DNA of 64,000 bases from the human T2T-CHM13v2.0 reference genome, Homo sapiens. The notes under the pieces were generated by a model. The model saw nothing but the letters and a program-made list of their open reading frames with translations, did no database searches and was not told the origin of the DNA. Location: assembly GCF_009914755.1 (NCBI RefSeq), contig NC_060933.1. One strand, given 5' to 3'. The stretch's first letter is position 1. The number at the start of each line of letters is the position of its first letter. Position numbers and translations under genes: made by a program. Shown here in pieces: positions 1 to 18,147 of the stretch.

Positions 1-389
1 TCTGAAATGCTTTTAGAAATGCTACTTATAGCAGCATTAGCTGTAAAAAAGGCCCTGTATGTGAGTCCTGCCATGGGAGGCTTGGGCAAATACTGGGGAA
101 ACAGGAAGTTTATCTTTGGCCCTTTCAGGATTAAAAAAAAGAAAAATTTGAGTGTAATATTTGATACATACAAAAGAATGTGTTGTTAAATATAATAGAA
201 TAAACACTCTGCTTAAGAACAAGAACATTATCAATATGAGGATTTACTTCCTTTTGGGATCTTATGCGAATTTCTGAAAAGGTCTGGGTTCTAGCTGCCT
301 AGCATTAACATAAAAGGTTTGAGAAATATACATTCAATAAGCTGCTATCTGATAATGGCTTTAGATTTTTCTCATCTTTGAGTGTATAA

Positions 390-518
390 TTTTTTTTTAG
401 TTTTATTTTGTAGAGGCAGAGTCGTGCTATGTTGCCCAGGCTTGTATCAAACTCCTGGCCTTAAGCAATCAGCCTCCTAAAGTGTTGGGATTACAGGTGT
501 GAGCCACCACACCTGGCC
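390..518 (-). mobile_element. Alu left monomer (FLAM/AluJ-like)
   Basis: Reverse-complement Alu left arm with T-rich tail. Confidence 0.85.
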
Positions 519-662
519 TCATAAAAATTGCTATAGCATTTTTTTTCTGATAATAGAAGTGTATATCTTTCCTGTAGAAAAATTTTAAAATAGGTTAAAG
601 TATGAAGAATATAAAAATAACCATTATATCCATTCTCTCCAGAAAATTATTGTTAACCTTTT

Positions 663-665
<3 letters not shown>

Positions 666-711
<46 letters not shown>
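666..711. repeat. (AC)23 microsatellite
   Basis: Uninterrupted AC run. Confidence 0.98.
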
Positions 712-713
<2 letters not shown>

Positions 714-941
714 ATACATTTTAATAGCTAGCTTGAGTTCCTTTCAAGACAAAAAGATATGAATATTTCTTGTGGAATTTCAGGCACTGTTGCAAGCTGG
801 CGGGAAATCTATCTGGGGTAAAAATCTTCTCAAATTGTAGCAAAGTATTTGCATTTCCAGAAAGACAGCATTATATTGATATTCCCAAATAGTCAGATAT
901 TAAGTAACTCAAACAGCTCTGGGCCCATGATATCAGTGTTA

Positions 942-1304
<363 letters not shown>

Positions 1305-2382
1305 TCACAATAAGGTTTTATAAGAGCATTTAGGCAACTTCATGTTAAGTAAGCATATGCCTGGTGCCTTGTGCATTCATATGTCTGCAGATGAACATGT
1401 ACCTGGACTAATGGGTGGTGACACAATCAGGAAAGGTGAACAGTGAGACACCAGAACAGAACTAGGATACAGAAAAACCTTAGTGCCTCCTGCTAAACTA
1501 GTGGTGAACCAGACAAAACTGTGCAGGCAATTGTCTGTACCTGGGGAGCAAATGAGGAGATGAGCATTCAACGAAAGGCAGATTTCAAGTGTGTATCACA
1601 GGAATGTCTTTTCTTAGTTCAGCAATGACAACTAGTCTAGCAGGTTCTTCTTGCCTTGTTGGGGGAAAAGCCTGTACAAACAGATAACTCTTGCATAATG
1701 TCTTTTGGATTAACAAATTTATGTTTTTGTGTGAGGACCCTTCACCTAAGAAGAGATCATATCAAGAGACTAAGAAAGATGCTTTTCTACCTGAGGTAAT
1801 ATTTCCCCTGTAGTTTTAGTCTCTAGGGCTTAAGAAATAACATCTGTTTACAAGGTTTGTGGGTGGAGCTTGGGGGTGTCAAGTTCAGGAATTTTGAATT
1901 AGATACAAGCCCAGGATGGAACAAGAATTTAAAAAAACATGCCAAAGATAGGATCCAAAATATGTAGAACCAAATAAACTAAAATCAGAATCCAAAGCTA
2001 AGTTCACAAATCACATTGTCAAGACGGAAAAGATAAATAGTAAGATTCAGAATACAAACGGAGTACAGGAAGACTGGTTTCAAATAGCGAAGCTTCTGTA
2101 TATTTTTCTAAAGAGGGTTAAAAATGTAGACAGTCACCTTTGTGAGTGGATCTGGCAAAGCTGGATGAGAGATGAAGTAACTTCATCCCTCATTTGGCCA
2201 AAGGTTCATATCTGGCAGCCAACCCTGATACCTGACTACATAGTATGTTATGGATTAAATCAGCCAGTACAGGTATTTAATAAACAATATTAAGCAAATA
2301 AATTAGTACACCTTACATTTGTTTAAATCGTTATATTGAGAAGGAGTTCCTGATAATTAATTTTTAGTTATAACATTTGTAG

Positions 2383-2693
<311 letters not shown>

Positions 2694-3305
2694 GACATAT
2701 AATTCTTAATAGTCCCCACACTTCATGCCAATGTAGTCTCAAAATTCTTCTGGTAGCATGAACTCTATAAGGATTTTCTTCATCATAATCAAGTTCAGAC
2801 TATTCTCTTGCTACACAAAGTGACTTCAAGAGTTTATTTAGATTTAGTTTTCCTAATTTCCCACCTTGATCAGCTAAAGGGTTTTTAAATCAGTTTCCTC
2901 TCATTGCTTTGTTCTCTTTCCACTTGGCTTTAGAATAAAGAGATGATAGTCACAAAAACGCATCCTTAGGTTGACAGAGTAAGTTCCAGATCCACAGGGA
3001 ATCATTTGCTATTCTTCTTTTAAAAAGAGCAAACTCCCTTACCAGTAGAAATCCAGCTGTTCTTTATTTGCTTTTGTTTCCTTCAGAATCTATTTCTGAT
3101 AGACTATCTTATTTTTTAATTTATTCCAAAACATAGTCTTCATTTAAACATTTTATAGCTTTCACTAGATAACTGTAATATGTGTACACTGAATACGTGT
3201 ACACAGTTAAGCAAACTGAAGACCTCATCAGCCTTTGTGGTGTTTTTTCTACACACGTGTATGCATATGAATATTCACACAAATTTAAAAAGTGACCTTC
3301 TGGTG

Positions 3306-3386
3306 CATATATATGTGTGTGTGTGTATGTGTACACATATATTTGTGTGTATATGTACGTATATATATATGTGTGTGTGGGTGTAT
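3306..3386. repeat. Compound (TA)n/(TG)n repeat
   Basis: Alternating purine-pyrimidine tract. Confidence 0.9.
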
Positions 3387-3388
3387 AA

Positions 3389-3669
<281 letters not shown>

Positions 3670-3759
3670 TGGTTGCTGAGTTTTGATTGGCTGACATAGG
3701 TCACGGCCAAAGGGTTGATTCAGGTGGCATTAACAGGAACATTAAAGTCCCAAAGTTAA

Positions 3760-4377
<618 letters not shown>

Positions 4378-4704
4378 CTATTCATTTTTAAATATAAATT
4401 ACAACTAATAATATTTCTAATTAAAATAAGGGGTAACAATTCTAGGTGTACTAACTTTGGGGTAGATGAGGTCACTAGAGGTCAGCTGCTAGAATCCCTG
4501 CTTTTTAAAAAATTTTATTTTTGAGATGGAACTCTGTGAGACAGAACTCCTGGCCTCAAGTGATCTATCTGCCTCGGTTTCCCAAAGTGCTGGGATTACA
4601 GGCATTAGCAACCACCCCCGGCTCCCTGGCAGTTTCTTCTGCCAGTATTTAGTCACTTCATATAAGAATGTTCCTTCTTAGAAGAGCAATATTGATAATG
4701 TGCC

Positions 4705-4860
4705 AGGGCTCTAGAGTCAGACCTGGGATCACATTTAGGCTGAAGGTTGCTGTGGACTTGAGCAAATTACTTATTCTCTGAATTCCAAATTCCTTATCTA
4801 TAGAGAAAATAATAATACCTATCTCACAGGGTTCTTGTGAGTCTTAACTGAATCAATAGC
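4705..4860 (+). mobile_element. MIR
   Basis: MIR core: GGCTCTAGAGTCAGACCTGGG...CTTGAGCAAATTACTTA...ATAATAATACCTATCTCACAGGGTT. Confidence 0.75.
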
Positions 4861-4970
4861 TATAATCCTGGCAGCTATTATAATTATTATTGTTTATCAA
4901 ATTTTCATTCATGTATAAAGCAACACAGTGCCAAAATCCAAAAAAAGTTGCCCTCAATGAAAATATTCTG

Positions 4971-5204
4971 GGCCGGGCGCGGTGGCTCACGCTTGTAATC
5001 CCAGCACTTTGGGAGGCCGAGGCGGGTGGATCACGAGGTCAGGAGTTGAAGACCAGCTTGGCCAAGATGGTGAAACCCCGTCCCTACTAAAAATACAAAA
5101 AATTAGCCAGGCGTGGTGGTGGGCACTTATAATCCCAGCTACTCAGGAGGGTGAGGCAGAGAATTGCTTGAACCTGGGAGGCGGAGTTTGCAATGAACTG
5201 AGAT
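4971..5204 (+). mobile_element. AluS, 3'-truncated
   Basis: Ends at GCAATGAACTGAGAT with no tail. Confidence 0.9.
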
Positions 5205-5229
5205 ATTAAAGTAATTCAAATTTTAATCT

Positions 5230-5849
<620 letters not shown>

Positions 5850-6117
5850 TGGGACTTTGCTTTCATATAATTTCAATTTCTAAAACTCACTGGAATTAAT
5901 ATTTTTAAAACATGCATCAAGTTCAACATATAAGCAAAAATCATTCTAACACTTTTGTTTTTCACTTTAATTGAATAAAGGGAGAGCAACTGGCAGGGGA
6001 GACTTGGTAGTGGAGGGAGACAACAGGGAAGGCTGGGTATGAAATAATGTTCTGGATGGGTATATACGTAATAGTAAGGAAAAGAAAAATTCTGGCTATG
6101 AATAAAGTCTTAAGTAA

Positions 6118-6498
<381 letters not shown>

Positions 6499-7074
6499 TA
6501 AGTGTCTTGTAGTCCCCAAGAGTTAGGGAAGTAGTGGGAACAGACTTAGAATTTCTGAAGAAACCTGTTTTCTTTTTTTCATTTCTTAACTAATGATCCC
6601 CATTAGGAGCTATTAGTACATCAAAAGAGTATGAAAAGTGGCAATTAAACTTGGCGACTAAACACAATTTCGCTTTGACGAGCTAAAAAAACATACTTTA
6701 ATAATCCTTAATGAAGGCAGCAGTAAATAAACCATTGAGAATTAACATATTCAAGCCAGTTAAGACAGAATTTGCTAATGTGCTGTTCTCTTTTACATAT
6801 TAAAGGTTACTGCTGTCACAGAAGTGTTCCTATTTAATATTTAAAGCTCTGACCCAACTCAAACAACTTTCTTACATATATGGCACAGGGAAGAAATATG
6901 GAGAGTAAGAGGCCCAGAGATTTCAGACATGTTCAGGCATATCTGCAGGATTGGAGAGTTAGGGCCAGTTGGGGTCTACCTGCACTAGGGTTTCAGTAGT
7001 CCCATGGAGAGAACAATGACCAGAAACATGGAGGCTGAAGATTGTTGGAGACAACAGACTTCTAAATGCTCCTG

Positions 7075-7213
7075 TTAATTATTTTGTTTATTTATTTAGA
7101 GATGGGGTTTTGCTATGTTGTCCAGGCTGGACTTAAACTCCTGGGCTCAGGCAATCTTCCTGCCTCAGCTTCTGTAGTAGTTAGGACCACTGGTGCAGGC
7201 CACTGTTGCTAGC
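7075..7213 (-). mobile_element. Free Alu monomer (FLAM/FRAM-like)
   Basis: Single diverged arm. Confidence 0.75.
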
Positions 7214-7229
7214 TCCTTTTACTTATGTG

Positions 7230-7665
<436 letters not shown>

Positions 7666-8074
7666 TCAATAAATAGTTACTGAAACTCTTTATCATAACG
7701 TACCAGTAAAACCACTGGCATCTCAGCCATAGGTAGCTGCTTCTATTTAATGTGGTTTACAAAATTGTATCACATATTTTTAAATTAAAACAGCCTTCTT
7801 TTCCTCCAATTTGAAACATGGGATTTTTTCTGCTCTAGTTTCTGGCCTGTTTCGGCTCAGGATCAGTTGGTTGAAGTCCCCTGCCACCATATAGTGGTAG
7901 TTGTCCTGTCTCTACCTGTTGCTATGTTAAAATGAAGAAAACAGCTTCCCCATTTGTGTTGAGATGTGTAATATGATTAGAATGCATAGCTTCTTTTTCC
8001 ATCTCCAGTGATTCCTCTACTGATATGGTTCTACCATTTATTACATCTTTTTTTCCATAATCTCTTTCTCCCAG

Positions 8075-8157
8075 GGTACCTGGCACAGTTTCTCTGGATT
8101 AAGGCATAGAATGGTGTGGATGATATGCCAAAAATCTAGGAACTCTCTCTCCTCCAG
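8075..8157 (+). other. Candidate 83-nt spliced exon, gene unknown
   Basis: Long pyrimidine tract and CCCAG| acceptor at 8074; CAG|GTGAGC donor at 8158; non-repetitive sequence. Confidence 0.45.
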
Positions 8158-8407
8158 GTGAGCACCTTCCCCCTCTAGTACACTGCTTAAGGTATCATTG
8201 CCTACCCTTCTTAGTTGCTCAGTGCATTTTAGTCACATCACTACCTTGCCATTCCCATCCCTCTACTTAGAATCTCTTCTCCCAGGTATCTTCTGTGGCT
8301 ACTTCATTCATGTCTCTTTTCAAATGTGATCTTCTCAGAGAGGTCACATTTGAAAATAGAATAGGCCACACCCAGCCTATTTAATTTAATTCTTATAAAA
8401 ACTCTAA

Positions 8408-9212
<805 letters not shown>

Positions 9213-9764
9213 TTACTATTAGTACTATTATTATTTGCATTTCACAGATGCAAAGACCAAAGCTTAGAGAGATTACACAGCAAATGGTGGAGCTGGGATT
9301 TAAATACAGGCAGTTTTACTCCTAATTCATTACACAGAGTGTTACAAGTTGCTATCTTATTCTTGCTGATGTCACCCTGTTGTTCTCCAAGGTTAGTACT
9401 GTCTAATGAAGCTTGGACTAAAAATGGTTTGTTCCACTTATCTTGTATTCATTACTGTCAGTTGAAAGACGCCACTTATCAGTGTCCTTTTTGATTCTGC
9501 TTTGAGGGCAGTGGTGGAGACAGCTGATATGCATTCTGTACCTTTCTATATGTCAACCATATTCTAGCCCTTAATCCCAAGATCTCAATTGGAGAGGAGT
9601 CTTTCGAGAAGGAGGAATGGTCAGGTTGTTGGAGGAAGTTTGAACTGTGAAGTAGAATATCTAATTGAGATAGCAGCAATGCTGGCAGGAAGAGATGGAA
9701 GCCAGTGTTAGGATGGAGAGAAATGGCAGTGAGGTGATAATGAAAATGCCTAATGAATTTTGTT

Positions 9765-9892
9765 TGGTTTTCATTTAATCTTTCCACAATACCACAAGCT
9801 AAGTACTTAACCTGAGAGGTTAGACAAACTTGCCCAAGTCCAAGCTGGTAAATTGCAGAGCCAGAATATGAACTCACATCTGTTAGTCCATA
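9765..9892 (-). mobile_element. MIR
   Basis: GAGAGGTTAGACAAACTTGCCCAAG...GCAGAGCCAGAATATGAACTCA. Confidence 0.7.
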
Positions 9893-10161
9893 TTGTCTGA
9901 AGTGTCTGTCACAAGGTTAAACCATTATAACTGCCATTATTTGGAAAAATAAAGATATTTATGAATAATGTATATTGCCAGTTCTGCTAAACGCCACCTT
10001 GCCAGGCAGGAAAATTAATCTCACAGAAAGCAAGGTGGCTGAATTTTAGCACATAGTCTAAAACTTGGCACTTTCATATAAAGGAGAAAGTGACAAACTT
10101 TAATAAGGCACTTGGTAGGGAAAATTTTTATCTTAAGTCCAAATTTATCTCCATTACAGTT

Positions 10162-10187
10162 AGTATATGTGCTGCCAAAGCGAGCAC
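10162..10187 (-). pseudogene. U6 snRNA 5' fragment (nt 1-26), tailless retropseudogene
   Basis: Reverse complement GTGCTCGCTTTGGCAGCACATATACT matches the U6 5' end at 25/26; 15-bp direct repeat ATCTCCATTACAGTT at 10147-10161 and 10188-10202. Confidence 0.92.
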
Positions 10188-10570
10188 ATCTCCATTACAG
10201 TTGAAATCATGTTAGTGAGAAATGTGTTTGAAGAGGGCTGCTGCGCGCAGGACAAATAGAGTCCTTGAGAAACTGATTATTCTGTTTTATTATTGAGTGC
10301 TATTCCCTGCTTCTTCCAACCTTGTAATGCTCTTAAGGCACAATGTTATAGGAAAATAATTTAAAACCAAGAACTTATTCTAGGAAGGACTCCCTTTCCA
10401 ACAAAGAATTGAAATAGTTTAGTTCTAGGAAGCCTAAGAATTTCCTGCATATCTATGAAATAACTATTAACACATTATTTTTCCTCAAATCAACTTTATA
10501 CATAACTATTTAAACAGAAATCTCAAAATGATCAGTGATACAGGTTACACATGGCTCTCAATCAACAGGC

Positions 10571-10869
10571 TATTTATTTATTTATTTGAGACACAGTCTC
10601 ACTGTGTCACCCAGGCTGGAGTGCAGTGGCGCAGTCTTGGCCCACTGCAACCTCTGCCTCCCGGTTCAAGCGATCCTCCCACCTCAGCTTCCCGAGTACC
10701 TGGGATTACAGGTGTGCACCACCATGCCCAGCTAATTTTTTGTATTTTTAGTAGAGATGGGGTTTTGCCATGTTGCCCAGGCTGGTCTCAACCTCCTGAG
10801 CTCAGGCAATCCACCTGCCTTGGCCTCCCAAAGTGTTAGGATTATAGGTGTGAGCCACTGTGCCTGGCC
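10571..10869 (-). mobile_element. AluJb/S
   Basis: Antisense dimer, (TTTA)n tail. Confidence 0.92.
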
Positions 10870-10894
10870 TAGGCTCTTCAGTTTATGTTACAAA

Positions 10895-11169
10895 CTTTTT
10901 TTTTGAGATGAGGTCTGGCTCTGTCACTCAGGCTGGAGTGCAGTGGTGCAGTCTCTGCCTTCAGGGCTCAAGCCATCCTCCCAGCTCAGCCTCTTGAATA
11001 GTTGGGACTATAGGAGTATGCCAGCATGCCCAGCTAATTTTTGTATTTTTTGTAGAGATGGGGTTTTGCCATGTTGTCCAGGCTGGTCTTGAATTCCTGA
11101 GCTCAAGCAATCTGCCTGCCTCGGCCTCCCAAATTGCTGGGATTACAGCTGTGGGTCACTGTGCCCGGC
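10895..11169 (-). mobile_element. AluJ
   Basis: Antisense dimer with small internal deletion. Confidence 0.9.
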
Positions 11170-11191
11170 AAAATTAAAACAAAAAAACTAG

Positions 11192-11367
<176 letters not shown>

Positions 11368-11661
11368 CACTGAGCTCAGTTGTGAATATTTTTTAATGTA
11401 TTTGTTTGTTAAATCTTAGAAATTTGGCTGTATTGAACAATATTTTATTTATTTGAATAATGATGACACTTCATTCCTTTTATCAAGTAACGTTTACAAA
11501 CCATTTGTTCTGATCAAAATGGAAATGGCAATTTGCTGTAATTATTATTAGGAATATTTTCATCAAAATTTCCACCTTCTCTCCAGCTAATCAAATTCCA
11601 CCTATGCTTCAAGAACCACTACAAATCCCACTCCTTGATGCCCTCTCAGATGACTCTAGCT

Positions 11662-11832
11662 CAGTGGCTCTCAAACTTATCTGTCCACTGGAATCACTTG
11701 TGAGCTTTAATAAATACTGATGTTTGTGTCCCAACCCAATAATTTGTGATTTAATTGGTATGAGATGTTGCTTCAGACTTTTTAAAAGATCCCTAAGTGA
11801 CCCTAATGTGCAATGAAGTCTGAGAAACATTG
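11662..11832. mobile_element. MER5A-like hAT-Charlie MITE
   Basis: Termini CAGTGGCTCTCAAACTT ... AAGTCTGAGAAACATTG; internal GAATCACTTG and CTAATGTGCA. Confidence 0.75.
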
Positions 11833-12071
11833 CTGTAGCCTTTACTTTTTCTTACTTCCTTTACTGCATTCACAGTCAGTACCACACAATCAGTAACTGT
11901 TTTATGCTCCTTAAACTTTGTTTCTCTAATTGCTATTTAAGTTCTTTAGAGATGAGCATAACTTATGATTTTTACTCCTAGTGTGTCCAGCATGGTTGTA
12001 AACACAATCTGCCATGGCATTCTGCAAGGTAAATCAGGTAAACCTACTTAGTTAAAAAGAACATTGTGGTT

Positions 12072-12502
12072 TGCATTAGTTTCCTTTTGCTGCTGTAACA
12101 AATTACCAAAAGCCTAATGGCTTAAACATGAATTTATTATTTTATAGTTCAGTAAGAGAGAAGGCTGACACAGGTACCACTGGGCTAAAATCAAGGTGTC
12201 AGCAGGGCTGTGTTCCTTTCTGGAGACTATGGGGAAGAATCCACTTCCTTAGCCCTTTCCAGCTTCTACAGCATGCCTATATTCCTTGCATCATGACCTC
12301 CTCCCACCCTCAGAGCCAGCAACACTGCATCTCTCTGACCATTCTTCCACTGTCAATATCCCGCTGACTCTTCTGCCTCCCTCTTCCACTTTTAAAGTCC
12401 CCTTCTGTTTATATTGGGGCCATCTGGATAATCCAGAATGATCTCTTAAAGTCGTCTGATTATCAACTTTAATCCATTTGCAACCTTAATTCCCCTGCCA
12501 TG
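12072..12502 (-). mobile_element. MLT1D-like MaLR solo LTR, one end truncated
   Basis: TGCATTAGTTTCCTTTTGCTGCTGTAACAAATTACCA...ACTGGGCTAAAATCAAGGTGTCAGCAGGGCTG. Confidence 0.8.
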
Positions 12503-12690
12503 TTTTTTTTGAGACAGAGTCTCACTCTGTCACCCAGGTTGAAGTGCAGTAACGCGATCTCAGCGCACTGCAATCTCTGCCTGCTAGGTTCAAGCAATTC
12601 TCATGCCTCAGCCGCCTGAGTAGCTGTGATCGTGCCACTACACTCCAGCCTGAGTGACAGAGAGAGACCCTGTCTCAAAACAAAAGAAAA
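12503..12690. mobile_element. Fused divergent Alu fragments (minus right arm plus a + strand 3' end)
   Basis: Orientation switch at ...GAGTAGCTG|TGATCGTGCCAC near 12626. Confidence 0.85.
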
Positions 12691-12697
12691 AGACATC

Positions 12698-13015
12698 GGC
12701 CGGGTGCAGTGGCTCACGCCTGTAATCCCAGCACTTTGCAGGGCCGAGGCGGGTGGATCACAGGGTCAGGAGTTCGAGACCAGCACGGCCAAGATGATGA
12801 AACCCCGTCTCTACTAAAAATACCAAAATTAGCCAGGCATGGTGGTGGGTGCCTGTAATCCCAGCTGCTCGGGAGGCTGAGGCAGAGAATTGCTTGAACC
12901 CGGGAGGCGGAGGTTGCAGTGAGCCGAGATCGTGCCACTGCACTCTAGCCTGGGCAACAGAACATGACTCCATCTCAAAAAAAAAAAAAAAAAAGAAAAC
13001 AAAGGAAAAGAAAAA
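12698..13015 (+). mobile_element. AluS inserted in the tail of the preceding Alu fragment
   Basis: TSD AAAAGAAAAAGACATC. Confidence 0.93.
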
Positions 13016-13796
<781 letters not shown>

Positions 13797-13870
13797 TATC
13801 CACCTCCTGTTCCTATGCCTGACACACAGTAAATGCTCAATAAATATTTGTCCAATAAAAAGCAGAACCA

Positions 13871-14138
13871 GGCTGGGCATGGGGTCACACCTATAATCCC
13901 AGCACTTTAGGAGGCCAAGGTGGGAAGATTGCTTGAGCCCAGGGGTTCCAGACCAGCCTGGGCAACATGGTGAAACCCTGTATCTACAAAAAATACAAAA
14001 ATTGGCCAGATGCGGTGGTGCACGCCTGTTGTCCTAGTTGCTAGTGAGGCTGGGGTGGGAAAGTAGCTTGAGCCTGGGAGGTCAAGGCTGCAGTGAACTG
14101 TGATTGTGCCACTGTACTCGGCCTGGGTGACAAAGTGA
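13871..14138 (+). mobile_element. AluJ
   Basis: TTGAGCCCAGG and GGTCAAGGCTGCAGTG. Confidence 0.9.
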
Positions 14139-14181
14139 CAGTGTATTATTGTTATAATAACAATAATAAAAATGGTCTTTA

Positions 14182-14340
<159 letters not shown>

Positions 14341-14354
14341 TCAATAAACAAATA

Positions 14355-14660
<306 letters not shown>

Positions 14661-14664
14661 ATGT

Positions 14665-15497
<833 letters not shown>

Positions 15498-15528
15498 CAA
15501 AACGAATGCTAGTATTTTTAAAATTTAA

Positions 15529-15843
15529 TCTTTTTTTGTTGTTGTTTTTGAGACAAAATCTTGCGCTGTCACCCAGGCTTGAGTACAGTGGCAAGATCTC
15601 AGCTTACTGCAGCCGTGACCTCTTAGACTCAAGTGATCCTCCTGCCTCAGCCTCCCGGGTAGCTGGGACTGCAGGCGTGCATCACTACAAATGGCTAATT
15701 TCTTTTGGATTATTTTTTTTTTTTAAGTAGAAACAAGGTCTTGCTATGTTGCCTAGGCTGGTCTTGAACTCCCGAGCTCAACCAATCCTCCTGCTGCAAC
15801 CTCACAATGTGTTGGGATTACAGGTGGGAGCTACTTCACCAGG
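15529..15843 (-). mobile_element. AluJo-like
   Basis: Diverged antisense dimer. Confidence 0.9.
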
Positions 15844-16196
15844 TGTAATCTTTGAAATAACACATATATTTCTGGATCCACGGTCAGGACAATTTGCTAT
15901 GATGTGAGGAACATCAGAACTGAGGCCCAGAAAAAGTGGTTCGGGGAAGCAGGTAAGAATCAAGCTCAGTCAGTACAGACAACGGTCCTCTAAGGTGGGA
16001 AACAGGAACATAGCTAACTATTGTAGACGGATGTGGACAAGTGCCACTTAGGGAAATTGGCCATATTTGGAGGTAAATGCTAAAGCAGTAGTCAAGTCAG
16101 CACAGACACTAATACCCAATAGTGGGGAAAGACTGAGGGCAGAGGACTGTTCCATTCACATAAAATACTTTAGGGAGCCCATAAAAGCCAGCTATG

Positions 16197-16512
16197 GGCC
16201 GGGCGCAGTGGCTCACGCCTGTAATCCCAGCACTTTGGGAGGCCGAGGCAGGCAGATCACCCAAGGTCAGGAGTTCGAGATCAGCCTGGCTAACATGGTA
16301 AAACCCCGTTTCTGCTAAAAATACAAAAAATTAGCTAGGCGTGGTGGCGCACCCTTGTAATCCCAGCTACTTGGGAGGCTGAGGCACAAGAATCACTTGA
16401 ACCTGGAGGCGGAATTTGCAGTGAGCCGAGATCGCACCATTGCACTTCAGTTTGGACAACAAGGGCAAAACTCCGTCTCAAAAAAAAAAAAAAAAAGAAA
16501 GAAAAAAAAAAA
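16197..16512 (+). mobile_element. AluS
   Basis: TSD AAAAGCCAGCTATG. Confidence 0.95.
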
Positions 16513-17409
16513 GCCAGCTATGGGCAGCAGGTCTTATGTCTCAGATACTCATATAGACTATCTTCCTGCCCATTACTCCTTTCTCTGTCTTCCTCCCTCT
16601 GCTAACGCCTGCTCTTCTTTATGACCTATTAAGATACTGTTCTCAGGATCACTTACTCTCCTCCCACTCAAGATGAGAAGCCTCGTGACAGTCCTTCCCA
16701 CTCCTTGCCCAGCCACGTTTGGCCTGTAGGCCTAGAAAAGAAAGCTAGATAAAGAATGTGCTGAGTACCAAGAGACTCTAGCCCACTTTGATAATGCTGA
16801 GACAGAGTCCTAGCAAGATAAGATATGGGAGGGAGCACAAAGAGAAGAGTGTGCTAACACTCCCTGCGAAGGGTGGGATATTCTGGGTCATTTAAATAGG
16901 AGATTTAGTGTTTAATAAAACAGATTTAGTGTTTGTTGATGTTACTTAACTTAAAAATCTAAAACAGTGGCTAACGGTGCCTGCAGGTGTGAAGCACTGG
17001 GCCTTCAAATACTATGTTTTCTAAAATTAATGAGTTGGGGGACTGGAGCCAAATAACTCGCCAGTCTACCACATGCAGATTACATATTGGAAAGTGGAGA
17101 CCAGGCTTGAATTTTAATGCTGTGGAGGCTCTCTTAGGAAATCTCGAACAAGTTACTGTTTGGTGAGCTATGTGACTTCTGAGGCTGGCAATCAATCAAT
17201 CAATCAAAAGAACTTTGAAGTGAGTAATTTCTCCTCAATATGTAAATATGAAATCACCAAAACTGAGACTGAGGGACTCTGGACAACTCAGTAAATTTGG
17301 CTGGGGCTTAATTTCCTCATCTTATCAAATCAGTTAATTAGAATAGATGATCTCTAAAGATTGGCATTCAGCTCCAAACTTCTGATTCCATAAAATACTT
17401 AAAAAAGAA

Positions 17410-17600
17410 GACTTTTTTATTACAGAAAAATTCAAAAAGCCATAAAAAGGAAAGGAACTCTTAAGTACCAATCACCCAACTTCCACATGTGTCTAATCTT
17501 TTTTACCTAACCCCTACCTACTCCCTTCTCTTTCCCGCACTCCTCCCCATCTCCCACGGATTATTTTGAAGCAAATCCTAGACAACATATGAAACACACT
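17410..17600 (-). mobile_element. Old L1 (L1MC/ME-like) 3' fragment
   Basis: GGATTATTTTGAAGCAAATCCTAGACA motif. Confidence 0.55.
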
Positions 17601-17666
17601 CTTAACAAATTTCTCTTCTATCAAAGGTGGTTTATAAATAACAGATGAGATAAAGTCAGTCTTTCC

Positions 17667-17998
<332 letters not shown>

Positions 17999-18147
17999 TT
18001 ACTGCAATTGTAAACACTATCATTATGGTATTAAAATAAGCTTGGATCAGCATTACAGGATGCCAAGTCATATGCTGAATGAATCCAATCATATTCACTA
18101 AAAGAAGAGCTACCATTAATGAGCACTTGTTACCTTCCAGGTACTGC

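Noticed and set aside
10162-10187. Functional U6 snRNA gene
   Set aside because: Only the first 26 nt are present; no ACAGAGA box, no 3' stem or terminator, and it is flanked by a TSD
10147-10202. CRISPR-like repeat-spacer-repeat
   Set aside because: Only two 15-bp repeats in eukaryotic DNA, fully explained as a retrotransposition TSD; no cas genes
15845-16960. Possible ancient LTR in unique-looking sequence around the Alu at 16197
   Set aside because: There is an AATAAA and LTR-like composition, but I could not match a family or define termini; needs a Dfam search
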